Positions 17,401-30,339 of a stretch of DNA of 64,000 bases are shown here, one piece after another. The stretch is from Dictyostelium discoideum (Eukaryota). A model generated the notes under the pieces. That model was not told the DNA's origin, made no database searches, and worked only from the letters and a program-made list of their open reading frames with translations. The position numbers were made by a program, and so were the translations under genes. Numbering within the stretch: position 1 is the stretch's first letter; every line of letters starts with the position of its first letter. The stretch spans positions 5,120,001 to 5,184,000 of the forward strand of contig CM000151.3 of the NCBI GenBank assembly GCA_000004695.1, in the 5' to 3' direction.

Positions 17401-20400
17401 TAAGATTTGTTTCAATTTTAGTGAAACCACAATATATAATTAATGATTTAATTTCTTGTTCACTTTTAATTTCTAATGATTGTTTGAAATCATTTGCAAA
17501 TAAAAGATTGAATGATAATACACCCTTTGGTGGTTCCATTAAAATTAATTGACCTTTTGGTAATAATAATTTATAAAGTTTTGATAAAACTTCATTTGAA
17601 TCAATTGAGTTTGTTGAAACTAATAATAAAGAAGTTATAATTAAATCATAATTTGAATTTAAATAACCATTACTCTCTAAATCATCTTGTAAATCAAAAC
17701 TACGATATTTAATATTTAATACATTTGAAATCGATTTAGTTTCTTCTGTAATTGAATCAATATTTTTGGTATTTGATGGAATTGTATATTCAATTTCAAT
17801 ATTATTATTATTTGATAAATTAATTAGTAATTGATTTAATTGTAATAATAATAATTTTGAAAGTTGATAATTTTGATAGATACTTGATAAATCAATTATT
17901 TTAATTAATTTCTTTTCGCCAATTTCAATTGAATTAATTAATCTATCAAATGAATTTACAATTGTTTTTGAAATTAATTGATTTTGATTTGAAATGAATT
18001 GAGAATTTGAGAAATTAAATGGTTCATTATTTAATTGATTAATTGTTTCTTCATTATTAGTATCATCATCAGCATCGTCAGAAGAGGCAGCATTATTCTT
18101 TGAAGAACAATTGTTTGAATTATTTCTTGGTGTATCATTTGGTGAACTTGGGTTACTTGGTGAAAAATGTTCACTTTCACCACCTTTTAATAATGAAACA
18201 ATACGTTTGATTGATTTTTCAACTAATTTAATTTCATTTTTAAATGATGATTTTACAATAATTGCTTGTTTTAAACTAGTTATATCAATTGATTGATCTA
18301 ATGAGTCTATTGGGTTTAAAATTGATTGAATCTTTTCTAATAGTTTTGCATTTTTTGAACCAATATCTAAAGTATCTACTGTTGAAGTTTTATAATCGAA
18401 TTCTATAAATTCAGATTTTATTGATTGGTTTAATAATCTAATTAAATAATAATTAAATAATTTATCATTTAATAATTTTTCAAAATTAATTTTAGATTCT
18501 GATGATTTCTCTTCAATTAATTGATTTTCAATTAAAGTTAATGGTGAATCTTTTGATTGCCAATGGTGTGAATAAACATTTTGTGAAGGATATTTAATTG
18601 ATTGTTTCTTTAAACGTATTAATGATGTACATTTAACATTTTTAATTGAAATTAATAATGTACCATCTTCTAATATGATATTAAGAGAACCATGAGTAGA
18701 ATTACCTTCAATTTTATCGAATTTAGCAAAGGCATAAATGAATTGAGGTCTTGTTGAAGGTACATTTGAAGAATAGAATTTCATATCTTGTAAACGATCG
18801 AAAACAATCTCTTGTGGACCTTCACTGAGTACTAATAAACCATGGAATGCACAATCAATAATTGAAGGATTTAAGAAATCTTTGTCAAACTCTGAACAAG
18901 GTGACATTGAAAGTTTAAAGAATGAACATCCATCACCAATTGAACATGATTCAACTCTTTGGAAAGTTGGACCATATGGTAAACTTAATAACAATAGCTT
19001 ATTGTAAACTTCAGACTTTGTAAGGGTGGTAAATGAACATTGACTTTTAAGTTTTTCAATATCCAATTTATTATTCTTTGGATTATGTTTGAATAATCCA
19101 ATACGACCATTTGAAGTTTTAGTCCATTTAGTTGAGTTTCTATTATCCTTTATAAAGAATTCAACTTTAAATTCACCCTTGGTAGTTGGTGTAATTGAAG
19201 TTTGTAAATGATGTTGAACACCATCTTTCAAAAAGAATGGATTTGAAAATTCTAAATTGAAAATGGTAATATCTTGACCATTGAATTGACGAAGAATATT
19301 ATCAATATAACCAGAACCCGGGAAAAGATATTTACCTTTAATTTTATGACCTTTTAGATATTGATGAGCAGATTTATCAATATCAATAAATAATTCCATT
19401 AAAGTATTACCTGCAAATTGATCATGACCTAATAAATTATTTGATGGACCACGTTTTACCATTTTACTTTGGTTTGGTTCATCCCAATATTCCTCAAAAT
19501 CCCATTGGTATCTTGGTAATTTATTTGTTGATTCTTTAAATGATGATATATCGCCACCTCCGGATGAAGAAGAAGTTGGTAATAATTGTTGACCACTTGC
19601 AAAATCAATTTCAACACCATTACAATATAGAGTTGAAATTGCTAATTTAAATTGTGTTAATTCTTCTTTCTTTTTATGTAATGGTGATACTATAATTGGT
19701 TTTGAAGTTATTGTTGAATTTGATGGTTTACATTTTGGAATGTAAAAACCTAAAGTTGGATGAGGACCAATCTCTAAAAAGATTGCATTCTTGTATGATT
19801 CATTTTCTTCAATGAAATTGAAAATGTTTGAAATGGCTTTGGTGAATTCAACAGGCATACGTAAATTATCATAAATGTATTGAACATTGTAGAAACCTTT
19901 ATGAGATAATTGTGAACCAGTAATTGTTGAAAAGAATGGTACACATGGTACATTTGATTCTGGTAAATCTGATAAATCTTTGAATATCTTTTCTTTAATC
20001 ATTTCTTGTTTTGATGAGTGGAAAGAACATGGTGTACCTAAGAAAGCACAAAAAACACCTTCAGCTGATAGTGTCGATTTAGCACCTAGCAAATCTTGTT
20101 CAGAACCAGTAATAACAATTGAATTTGGATCATTATAACAAGCTATTTCAATTTCTGGATATAATAAAGCACATTTTTCAAGATAAGCATCAGCACCGAT
20201 ACCAATTGATAATAATCTACCAGTTCCCATTGTTAAATTTTGAGCTAAGCCTCTATAGTAAACGATTTTAACAGCAGTTTCTAAACTGATGACATCAGAG
20301 AATAAAGCGGATGGAATTTCACCAAAACTATGACCAACTACAATTGATGGTGAAATACCAAATGATTTATAAAGTGCGACTAAACCAACTTGAATTAAGA

Positions 20401-21938
20401 AAATACTTGGTTGTGCTAAAATTGGATGATGAATTTCTGGTGAATCTTCACTTTCTAATGAAAGTAACTTTTGGAGTATAGAATATCCAAAATAATTAGC
20501 AAGTAATTTATCACAATGATCAATGGCATCTTTAAATACTGATTCAGTTTCATATAATGCTTTACCCATATCTCTCCATTGTGGGCCTTGACCAGTGAAA
20601 ACATAAATGACTGGAGTTGATGAAGCTGGTGCTGAAATTGTTGAAGTCAATGATGAAGTTGATGTAGTTTCATTTCTTTTATTTAAAAAGTCATCCCAAT
20701 CGGAAGCTGTTATAACTTTTCTCTTTATTAAATTTGATTTTGAAATTGTTTGATGTTTTACAAAATCTTTAAATAATATTGTATCTTTATAAATAGATTG
20801 GTTTGAAATTAATTTCTCTATATATTTATCTAATGAAATATTACAATTTGCTGAAAATGGTATTAAATATTCTTTTTTATCATCATTTGAAGAAGAGGAT
20901 GTAGAGTTATTATTTGTTGTTTTCAATAATTCATCATAATTAATTGGTGCTTCACTTAGAATCATATGACAATTTGAACCAGATAGACCAAAACAATTAA
21001 TACCCATATTAATTAATTTATTGATTGGGAACTGGATTTCATCAGTGACTACACGAATATTCCAATCTTCGAATTTGATTAATGGATTTGGTTTTTCAAA
21101 ATGAATATTTGGAACTAATGAACGATTTTTTAAAGAGAGTGCAACTTTGATTAATGATGCAATACCGGCAGCACTTTCAAGATGACCAATGTTGCTTTTA
21201 ACTGAACCAATGTACAATGGAGCATCGGGTGTATGATTATCTTTGAATATTCTTGATATTGCTTCAATTTCAATCGGATCACCAACTGGTGTACCAGTAC
21301 CATGAGCTTCTATATAATAGATATCTGATGGGTTTACACCAGATTTCTTTAAAGCAATTTCAATGTTTTCACCTTGAGCCTTCATTGATGGTTGAATGAT
21401 ATTGGTCTTTGCATTGTATCCATCAACATTTGAACTACCACCTTTGATAACACAATAAATACGGTCACCATCTTTAATTGCATCTGAATATTTCTTTAGG
21501 ATACAAACACCACCACCTTCACTACGAATGTAACCATCAGCACCAGCATCGAATGATCTACATTGACCTTTATGTCCTAACATATTTAATCCAGAGAATG
21601 TCATTGAAAAACATGGATCGAAAATACCATTGACACCACCAACAATTGCCATCTTACTATCACCATTTGCAATGGCTTGGCAACCAAGATAAACTGCGTT
21701 CAATGATGATGAACATGCTGTATCAAGTGTCATTGATGGGCCACGTAAATCAAAACTAAAACTTAAACGATTTGATATAAATGATCCTGCAGTACCAGGA
21801 GTTATATAAGGATTCACATATGATATATCTCTGAATTGACATCTTTGATAATCAGTATTCATCATACCAATAAATACTGCTGTATCTGATCCACGAAATG
21901 TTGATGGTTTAATATTTGCATCTTCAAATGCTTTTTTT

Positions 21939-21978
<40 letters not shown>

Positions 21979-22355
21979 CTTTTTAATTTATAATATTTAA
22001 TTATTATTATTATTATTATTTATAATTATTATATACCTTCCCAAAGTGTTGTCATTAAAAGACGTTGTTGTGGATCAATAATTGGTGCTTCTTTTGGTGA
22101 AATACCAAAAAATAATGGATCAAAATTTTTCCATTCTTCATCTTTTAAGACACCACCATATTCGTTATTTATATATTTTTGTTCATAAAAAGATCTTGAC
22201 CACTTTTCTGTAGGAATCTTTGAAATACCATCCATTTTGTTTGATAATTGATTCCAAAATTGATACGGATTATTTCCACCACCTGGAAAACGGAAACCCA
22301 TACCAATAATGGCAATATCATCATTATTTTCATCTTTAATATTATTAAATGTCAT
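14435..22355 (-). CDS. Type I iterative highly-reducing polyketide synthase of about 2.6k aa. Exon 1 is 22355..22037 and exon 2 is 21930..14435, separated by a 106-bp intron at 21931..22036.
   Basis: Domains seen in the translation:
- KS: [30 protein letters not shown]
- AT: VVGHSFGE
- DH: HxxxGxxxxP in [20 protein letters not shown]
- a degenerate methyltransferase-like spacer
- ER: [14 protein letters not shown]
- KR: [16 protein letters not shown]
- ACP: [17 protein letters not shown]
There is no C-terminal chalcone-synthase (Steely) domain. The donor GAAG|GTATAT and acceptor aaaaag|CA keep phase 1. Confidence 0.85.
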
Positions 22356-22610
22356 TTTTAAATAGTTATAAACTATTATTATTATCTAAGGATTTTTTTT
22401 TAAAAAATTTGACTGGTTTAAAATTAAATTTAATATAGAAAAAAAAAAAAAAAAGGAATTTGATTTTTTTTATAAACTAAAAACAAAAGTTGGAAAAAAT
22501 AAATTTACTAATTTAAATATTGAATGAAATTTAGTATAATTTTTATTTTTTTATTTAATTTATAATATTTTGAAAAAAAAAAAATTTTGATGGAGATTTG
22601 TGTTATTAGT

Positions 22611-22660
<50 letters not shown>

Positions 22661-23835
22661 CTCCTTTGGGGAGATTTTTATAAACAAATAGAGAGAAAAA
22701 TAATAATAGTTGACAATGCGACATCAATTTTGGGTGACAAAAGTGTTATGTTTTTTAAAGGTATTTCATATCGTATTGGTTGTTGAGGCTGATTTCACTA
22801 AAATTAGTTGACTTTATGTTGGAGTTGATAACTAGGCGAAGATTGTGGTGATTGTGGTGGGATTACTTTAATATTTAATTATTAATAAAAATCTTTTAGT
22901 AATTAAAATATATAAACATAAGTTTATAAAATGGTGCCCCTAAAGAAATTTAATTTAATTTGAAAATAATTAAAAATAATAATTTGCAGACAAACTCCAT
23001 TTTACAATATATTAAATAAATTGGTAAAATCCTATTTAATACATTAATATTTATTAAAATAAACTATAAGTTAAATTTAATACAAAAAAAATTAAGTTAA
23101 TAAACTGTACTTTTTAAAAATAAATAATTATACATATGGAACAAAATGATATATTGAATTAATTTTATTTATCAATGTGTTTAAGAAATGAATTATTATA
23201 TTTTTTTAGTTAATATAATTAATAAATTTAATAAGTTAATAGTATAAATAGTGTTTTATAAATAAATAATTGTAACTAAACAATTCAATTAATTATTAAT
23301 TGTTTTTACTTTAAAAATAAAATAAAAATTATTTTATACATAAATAAAAAGAACAAAATAAAAATAACTTTTAAATAAATTATTAACTTTAAATTTACAA
23401 TAGGAGAATATGTTGTTATAATTTTTATAAAAATAAAATAATAAAATTGAAAATAAAAAAAAAAATGTTATTTATTATTTTTTATTTTTTTTTTTAATTT
23501 CCCATATATACTAAACAAAAAAAATAGATGCAAAAAAATAAAAAAATATAATAAAAAAATAAAAGAATAAAAAAAATAAAATATACCTGGCAAACGGACA
23601 ATATAACCATTATAAAAAAAACCTTTATTATTATTTTTTTTTTATTGATATTATTATAAAAAAAAAAAAAAAAAAACAGTTTTAAAATAAATTATTTTTT
23701 ACATTTATTTATATACATTTTTACTTGTTTTTTGGTAGTAAATATTTGGATTGTGAATTTTAATGGAAGAAATTTAAATATATAGAATAAAGGAAAACAT
23801 TTAAAAAAATAGTAAAGATGAAAATGGACTACAGA

Positions 23836-24717
23836 TTATTTTTTTGGTTTATTCCAAAAAGTTTTTTTGGTGGGAGAAGAAGGTGCCGGAATTGAAGAAT
23901 TTGAATTTGAAGTTAAAGAAGAAGATGTTGGAATATCTAAAGATTTGGGAGAGGTACTTGGTGATTTTTCAAAAACTAAAGTTTCTTGGGCAAAGGAAAG
24001 TTTTGCTTCCATACGTGGGTTTTGAAGAAATTGAGAAGTTGGTGGTTGTTTAGTTGATGATGATGACGATGAGGGTTGGTGAACCAAATTACTTTGTTGT
24101 GAACTAAATCTTGTGAGTTCTTCAAACTTTTTAATGATTGCTTTAGTTGAATTTTTAATATCCAAACTTCTTGACCTTCTGTGGGAAACAGTATCACCAC
24201 CACCATCATTGGTTTCTGATTTATTTTCATCCTCATCTTTTGGAGTTGTAATTTTAATCTGTTCTATATTTTGATTAGTACTGGTTGGAGTGGTAGGAGA
24301 GGATTTAATTGTTGTTGAGGTTGCTGTTGTAGGTGTTGTTGCTGTAGTTGCTGCAACTGTCACTGATTCATTTGATTTGTGTAATGGTTGTATTTGTTTA
24401 TTTACTGGAGTTGTAACTTTTTGAGGTGCATTTATAAGAGTAGTTGGTTGAGTGGTTGTTTTATTTTGATTTACTATAGTTGAGGATGGTTTTACGATAT
24501 CATTAAAATTATTATTTGAATTTGAAATGACCACAGTGGGTTTTGGAGGGTTTGAATTTGATCTTGATTTTGGTTGAGCAGTGGCAGTTGATGTTACAAT
24601 TCTTGAAGGTATTGTTATTACCCTCTGGCTTGTTGATGGATTAATTGTTGTTGGAACTTTATAGGTTGATTGTGGTGGTTTCCCAATTGATGATAATGAT
24701 GATGAAGATGTTGTTGC

Positions 24718-24748
<31 letters not shown>

Positions 24749-25555
24749 GGTAGAGATGTTGAATTCGTAGTTACTTTTGAATTGGTGGACGATGAAGATG
24801 TTGTTGTTGCTGTTGCTGTTGTTGTAGTAGTTGTTGTTGTTAAAGGTGTAGGATTTGTAATTACTTTTGCAGTTGATTTAAAACTTAAATTTGAATCTGA
24901 ATCTGGATTATATGGTCTTGGGAAACTATATTTTGGATCTTCTAATAAAGATTTTTCATTATTATTATTATTTTTATTATTATTATTTTCTTCACTTTCA
25001 GGATTCCAAGGTCTTGGGAAAGATAAAAGTTCAGTTTCATTAAAGGAAATGATTTTACTTGATTGATAAGGTCTTGGGAAAGAAAATTTAGAATAGTTTA
25101 ATTGAGATTTCAATTGTTTCATTTCATCCTCTTCATTATCATCGCCACCTTCTAAATCATGTTCAAGTTGATCCTTTTGAGATACTACTAATGGTTCCTC
25201 TTCACCTCTATCATTTAAAATTACAACAGATGTTTGGTGTGGTCTTGGGAATGAAAAGTGTGAATCATTGTTGTTATTACTATTATTATTATTGTTATTT
25301 ACACAACCATTAATATTTGATTGTCCTGGTTGATATGGTCTTGGGAATGAAAAGTGAGATTCATCATTACTATTGTTATTATTTACACCACCATTAATAT
25401 TTGATTGTCCTGGTTGATATGGTCTTGGGAATGAAAAATGTGAATCATCATTACCATTGTTATTTATATTATCAACGGCAGAATCATCAGGTTGATATGG
25501 TCTTGGAAATGAAAAATCATCATATATATTACCACTATTTCCAAGATTATTATTA

Positions 25556-25587
<32 letters not shown>

Positions 25588-26781
25588 GTTATTGTTATTG
25601 TTATTATTATTATTATTGTTATTATTATTATTATTATTGTTATTATTATTATTATTATTTTTATTATTATTATTTTTTTCATTTAATGGTAAATGTAATT
25701 CAGGTGGTTTAAAACTTCTAAGTGGTGGTTCGTAATCACCTCCAGAATTTACAATTAATTCACTTTCCAGTATGTATTCTAATAAACCAAGGATATTTGA
25801 AGCAGATGGTCTACCTGATGGTGCAACTTTACAACATTCGGATACTAAACGTAATAATTCCTTTGGACAATCTGCTGGTACTTTTGAAAGGAAAAACTTT
25901 TGATCAACACCTAAATCTTCATTCCTAATTCTTGGTGTTAAATTCTCTCTTGTAATTAATTCAATTAAAACCATACCAAATGAAAACACATCACAAGATG
26001 CATCATATTCTTCACCTATTAATACTTCAGGTGCCTATAATAATAATTAATTTTATATAAAATATGTGAATATGTGGACAAAAAGAGTTTTTTTTAAAAA
26101 AAAAAAAAAATCTTACCATCCAATCATCAGTACCACAAATTGTCATTTTTGATTTTTCAGATTTATCCATTTTTCTAGCTAAACCCATATCGCATACTTT
26201 AATAACCCAATTCTCAGCAACTAATAGATTGGTTGATTTTAAATCCCTATGAATAACGCCATTCTCGTGTAAATATGCCATTGATGCTGCTATATCTCTT
26301 GCAATCTTTACCTTTAATTTCCATGTAATATCAATACTTTTATTTTTTATATACCAATGTAAATCACCACCTGATACTAACTCTGTTAATAAAAATAATG
26401 ATCTCTCTTTTTCTGCTATTCCATAGAATTTAATTACATTTGGATGTGATAACCTGTATTTGTTTTATTTACAATATTATTAATAATCTAAAACTTTTTA
26501 TATTCATTTTTTTTTTTTTTTTTTTTTTATAAATTGAATTTGAAAACAAACATTTTTAAAGTATAAATTTCTCTTTCTAAAAATTTAAGTAATATATCTC
26601 TGTTTGGGTCATTATCAGAGATTGTAATCTTTTTGATTCCAATCTCTTTTCCATTTAAAACACCTTGATATACTTTTCCAAAACCGCCACTCCCTATAAT
26701 TGATAAAGGATCAAATTTAATTTCATCATAGTCAACAATCCTTGACATTCTCTTATTAGAGTCTTGAAAAAGTTTAGACAT
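23836..26781 (-). CDS. Protein kinase (TKL-like) with a long low-complexity C-terminal tail. Exons are 26781..26552, 26453..26117 and 26034..23836.
   Basis: Subdomain I/II (IIGSGGFGKVYQG...IGIKK) is in exon 1. The catalytic loop HRDLKSTNLLV and DMGLAR are in exon 2. APE...DVFSFGMVLIELIT is in exon 3. Introns are 98 and 82 bp with GT...AG ends and consistent phases. Confidence 0.75.
24880..25520. repeat. Tandem degenerate coding repeat inside the kinase tail. It has about 7 units encoding (D/S)xFSFPRPYQP(G/D)...
   Basis: The plus-strand motif ggtcttgggaa(t/a)ga(a/g)aa(g/a)tg recurs roughly every 60-130 bp. On the minus strand it translates to SFPRPYQP / SFPRPW / YSFPRPYNP. Confidence 0.7.
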
Positions 26782-27274
26782 TTTTTTTTTTTCTTTCTTT
26801 GTTTTTTTTTCTATATGAATCTGTGTAATATCTAAAACTTTATTTTTTTTTTTTTTTTATATGAACCTGATTTTTTTATTTTTATTTTTATTATTTTTTT
26901 TTTTTATTAGTTTAAAATTACAACGTTGTTATTTACAAAGGGAAAAAAAAAAAGAAAAAATAAAATAAAATAAAAAAAAAAAAAAAGAAAAGAAAAGAAA
27001 AAAAAAAAAAATATGGTGGTTGAAATTAAATTTAAAAATAAAAAATTAAAAATAAAAATTAAAAAAAAAAAAAAAAAAATTAAAAAAAAACAAACCCCTA
27101 CCACACAATCAAAATCAGATGTAACTCGAGATCTATTTTTATTTTATTTTCAAATTAAAAAAGAAAAAAAAGCTGTGGTAAAAAAAAAAAAAACAACAAC
27201 AACAAAAATAAAACCAAATCGTATAATTCAATATTTTAACCCATTTATTTGATTTCTATGAAAACAATAATTTT

Positions 27275-27307
<33 letters not shown>

Positions 27308-27675
27308 CAAAGCAGGATTTTTTTTCCATTACCAAAAATTAATAAAAAAAAAAAAATCTAAAAAAATTAATTACAAAGTAGTTGGTTGTAAATATAATTA
27401 TTAATTTATATTTTTAAAATTAAAAAAAAAAAATTATCGCCCAGTTTGAATTTTAAAACCAATTTTATTGAACAAAAAGATATTTTACATCATATATTTT
27501 AAAATATTTATAATTGGGTGGTAATTTTGATCATCGGATATTGGGAGAAATAAATAAAAAAAAAAAAAAAAAAAAAATAATGTAATTTTGAATATATTAT
27601 TTAAATAAAATTTTTTTTTTATTATTTACAAGTTTTTTTTAATATTATTTTTATAATTATTTAAAATTATGGGTA

Positions 27676-28224
27676 TTAATTAATATTTATTTTAAAAGAA
27701 GAATTTGATAGATCAGATTTCTTATTGATTGTGATTATTAATAGACCATTTTCAAAATTTGATTTAATAGTTGATAAATCTAATTGATATAAAATACTAG
27801 TTAAATCCAAACATCTTTTAAAATTACCAAATGATCTCTCTGATAAATATTTTCTAAATTCTTTTTTATTCTCTTCTATTAAAGGTAGCTCATTGTTTGT
27901 TTTGGTTTTATCTGAGTGTTGTTGTTGTTGTTGTTTGTAATTATTATTGATTTTCTTTTCACCTTGAATGGTTAGAATCGAATCTTTAATATCGATTTCG
28001 ATATTATCTTTTGAAATACCTGCTAATTCAGTTTCAATTATTATGTTGTTATCTGTGATTGTAACATCCATTGATGGTATAATATCAATTCTTTTAATGC
28101 TGTTATTTCTAAAATTATTATTATTATTATTATTATTTGATTTTAGTCTTTTACATGAATAATAATTTGAATGGTTATTATTTTTATTATTAATTGAATT
28201 TAAAATATCGAAAATTGTTGCCAT
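27676..28224 (-). CDS. Small heat-shock protein (alpha-crystallin/Hsp20 domain), hspG-family-like.
   Basis: Alpha-crystallin domain signature (...[42 protein letters not shown]...[19 protein letters not shown]...[12 protein letters not shown]) in a single exon. Confidence 0.7.
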   Translation of the reverse strand: MATIFDILNSINNKNNNHSNYYSCKRLKSNNNNNNNNFRNNSIKRIDIIPSMDVTITDNNIIIETELAGISKDNIEIDIKDSILTIQGEKKINNNYKQQQQQHSDKTKTNNELPLIEENKKEFRKYLSERSFGNFKRCLDLTSILYQLDLSTIKSNFENGLLIITINKKSDLSNSSFKININ

Positions 28225-28479
28225 TTTTTTTTATTTTATTTTATTTTAATTTATTTTAATTTATTTTATTTTATTTTATTTGTTATTATTTTGTTTTGTT
28301 ATGGTTGTATTAAAAAAAAAAAAAAAAAAAAAAGTATTTATACTTTAAAAAAAAAAAAAAAACAAATTCTTTTTTTCAAAGAAACTAAGAGAGATTCATT
28401 GTTTATGTTTATGAAATTCCTTTTGTTTTGTGTGTGAAAAAATTTGAAATTTAAATGAAAAAAAAATGAAAAAGCTCAT

Positions 28480-28516
<37 letters not shown>

Positions 28517-28648
28517 ATTGGTAAAACTAAAAATCTATTAATAAATTTTGTAATTTTTTTTATTTCTTTTTATTTTTTTTATTTTTTTATTTAATTCTTT
28601 GTCATGATTATTTTTGTCTATTTTTGGATGTGTGTAAGTTTGAAATTT

Positions 28649-28655
<7 letters not shown>

Positions 28656-28702
<47 letters not shown>

Positions 28703-28705
28703 ATG

Positions 28706-28742
<37 letters not shown>
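28656..28742. repeat. Two poly(A) tracts of about 45 and 35 nt in the divergent spacer between the small-HSP and RidA genes.
   Basis: Visible homopolymers. Confidence 0.9.
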
Positions 28743-28748
<6 letters not shown>

Positions 28749-28813
28749 TTTATCTTTTTATTAAATAGAAATATTTAAACTATCAACACCACCACTATAA
28801 TTATAAAAAAAAA

Positions 28814-29239
28814 ATGTCAAAAAATGGAGAAGCATTTATTTTAGATGATCGTGCAAGAGCACTTGCAAATTATCCACATATGAGAAAAGCAGGTGACTTT
28901 TTATTTGTATCAGGTATTTCATCACGTAGACCAGATAATACTTATGAAGGTGTTCATGTCGATGAAAATGGTAAAGTTACACTCAACATTGAACAACAAA
29001 CTAGAGCAGTCATTGAAAACATTAGAACCATCTTAAAATCAGCAGGAGCTGATCTCGAAAATATCATTGATCTCACTGTTTTCTTAGTAGATATGAAAGA
29101 TTACAATGGTTTCAATTTAGCATACAATGATTATTTCAAAATTGAAACTGGTCCAACTAGAACCACCGTTGCTGTTCATCAATTACCAAATCCAAATCTT
29201 TTAATTGAAATTAAAGCAACTGCATTATGTAATAAATAA
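28814..29239 (+). CDS. RidA / YjgF / UK114-family reactive-intermediate deaminase (L-PSP endoribonuclease family).
   Basis: The 141-aa ORF contains family motifs (...GDFLFVSGISSR...TVFLVDMKDYNGFNLAYNDYF...PTRTTVAVHQLPNPNLLIEIKATA). Confidence 0.75.
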   Translation: MSKNGEAFILDDRARALANYPHMRKAGDFLFVSGISSRRPDNTYEGVHVDENGKVTLNIEQQTRAVIENIRTILKSAGADLENIIDLTVFLVDMKDYNGFNLAYNDYFKIETGPTRTTVAVHQLPNPNLLIEIKATALCNK

Positions 29240-29569
29240 AATAGAAAATAAAATAAAATAAAATAAATAAAAAAAAAAAATAATATAAAATTATAAAAAA
29301 AAAATAAAAAAAAAATAAAAAAAAAATAAATAAAAAAAATAAAAAAATAGTTGTATGTGGATATTTATGTTTGTGTGTGTGTAAAATTAATATTAATAGT
29401 CCGTTTTTTTTTTTTTTTTTTTTTTTGTTTTTTTTTAATTCGTATTGAAATACCGTTTTTAATTATTAAAAACTAAAGGTGGTTATATATTTTTTTATTA
29501 TTTTTTTTATATGTAACCAGGGTTTGCAATGTTTTGAAATTTATGATTACATTTATATATTTATTTATT

Positions 29570-29700
29570 TTACCATTTTACTTAAAAATTTATATACCCC
29601 CTCACCACACACTACCCCCCTTTATTAACTGTTTATTATTTTACTAACCATTGAAAAAAATTTTATAAAAACACCACACAAACACCATACAAACCCACAC
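29570..29700 (+). promoter_or_regulatory. Cluster of C/A-rich elements (CAE / G-box complement) about 300-430 bp upstream of the PRTase-like gene.
   Basis: The motifs cccctcaccacacactacccccc, acaccacacaaacaccatacaaacccacacataac stand out in otherwise ~85-90% AT DNA. In Dictyostelium such C-rich/G-rich boxes are the classical GBF-type sites of post-aggregative promoters. Confidence 0.4.
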
Positions 29701-30000
29701 ATAACTTAATTATTTGAAATAATTATTTGATTCTTGAAAATTTACGTTTTCTTGATACTATTATTAGCAAATCATTTAAACTTAAAGTTTGTAATTGTTA
29801 AATAATAAAGAAAAAAAATTAAAAAAATTAAAAAAATTATAAATAGATATATTTTTAAAAAAAAAGCCCATTCAAATAAAATCCAATTTCCAATTAAAAC
29901 CCATACAAAAAATATTACAATATTTAAAATTCTAAAAACCCAATAAAAATAAAAAAACCAAAAATAAAAAAAATAAAATTAAAATAAAAATAAAAAAAAA

Positions 30001-30302
30001 ATGATTTATACTTGTTTTTCATATAACCATAATTCAAAAGGAAAAGAAAATCTAGAAATTGATAATTATAATAAATTATTAATATTAAAAGGTTATTCTA
30101 ATATTAAAACTACTATTGAAAAACGAAATAAAGCAATTTCTACAATAAAATCGTTATTTGAAGAAAAATTAAAAGAAATTGAATCAATAAATGGAAACAT
30201 TGATTACATATTAGTATTACCAGGTCATCGTATTGGTTATTCAACTTTTCAATATAGTATAAATAAATTCTATCAAAACGATATCGAACAACAACAACAA
30301 CC

Positions 30303-30339
<37 letters not shown>

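Noticed and set aside
25401-25712. Plus-strand ORF rich in Tyr/Cys (YYYYCYY...)
   Set aside because: It is the antisense of the (AAT)n-rich kinase tail and is not coding.
28225-28813. Heat-shock elements in the hsp/RidA divergent spacer
   Set aside because: Only imperfect GAAnTTC-like fragments (e.g. tgaaattcc) are present, with no convincing nGAAnnTTCnnGAAn array.
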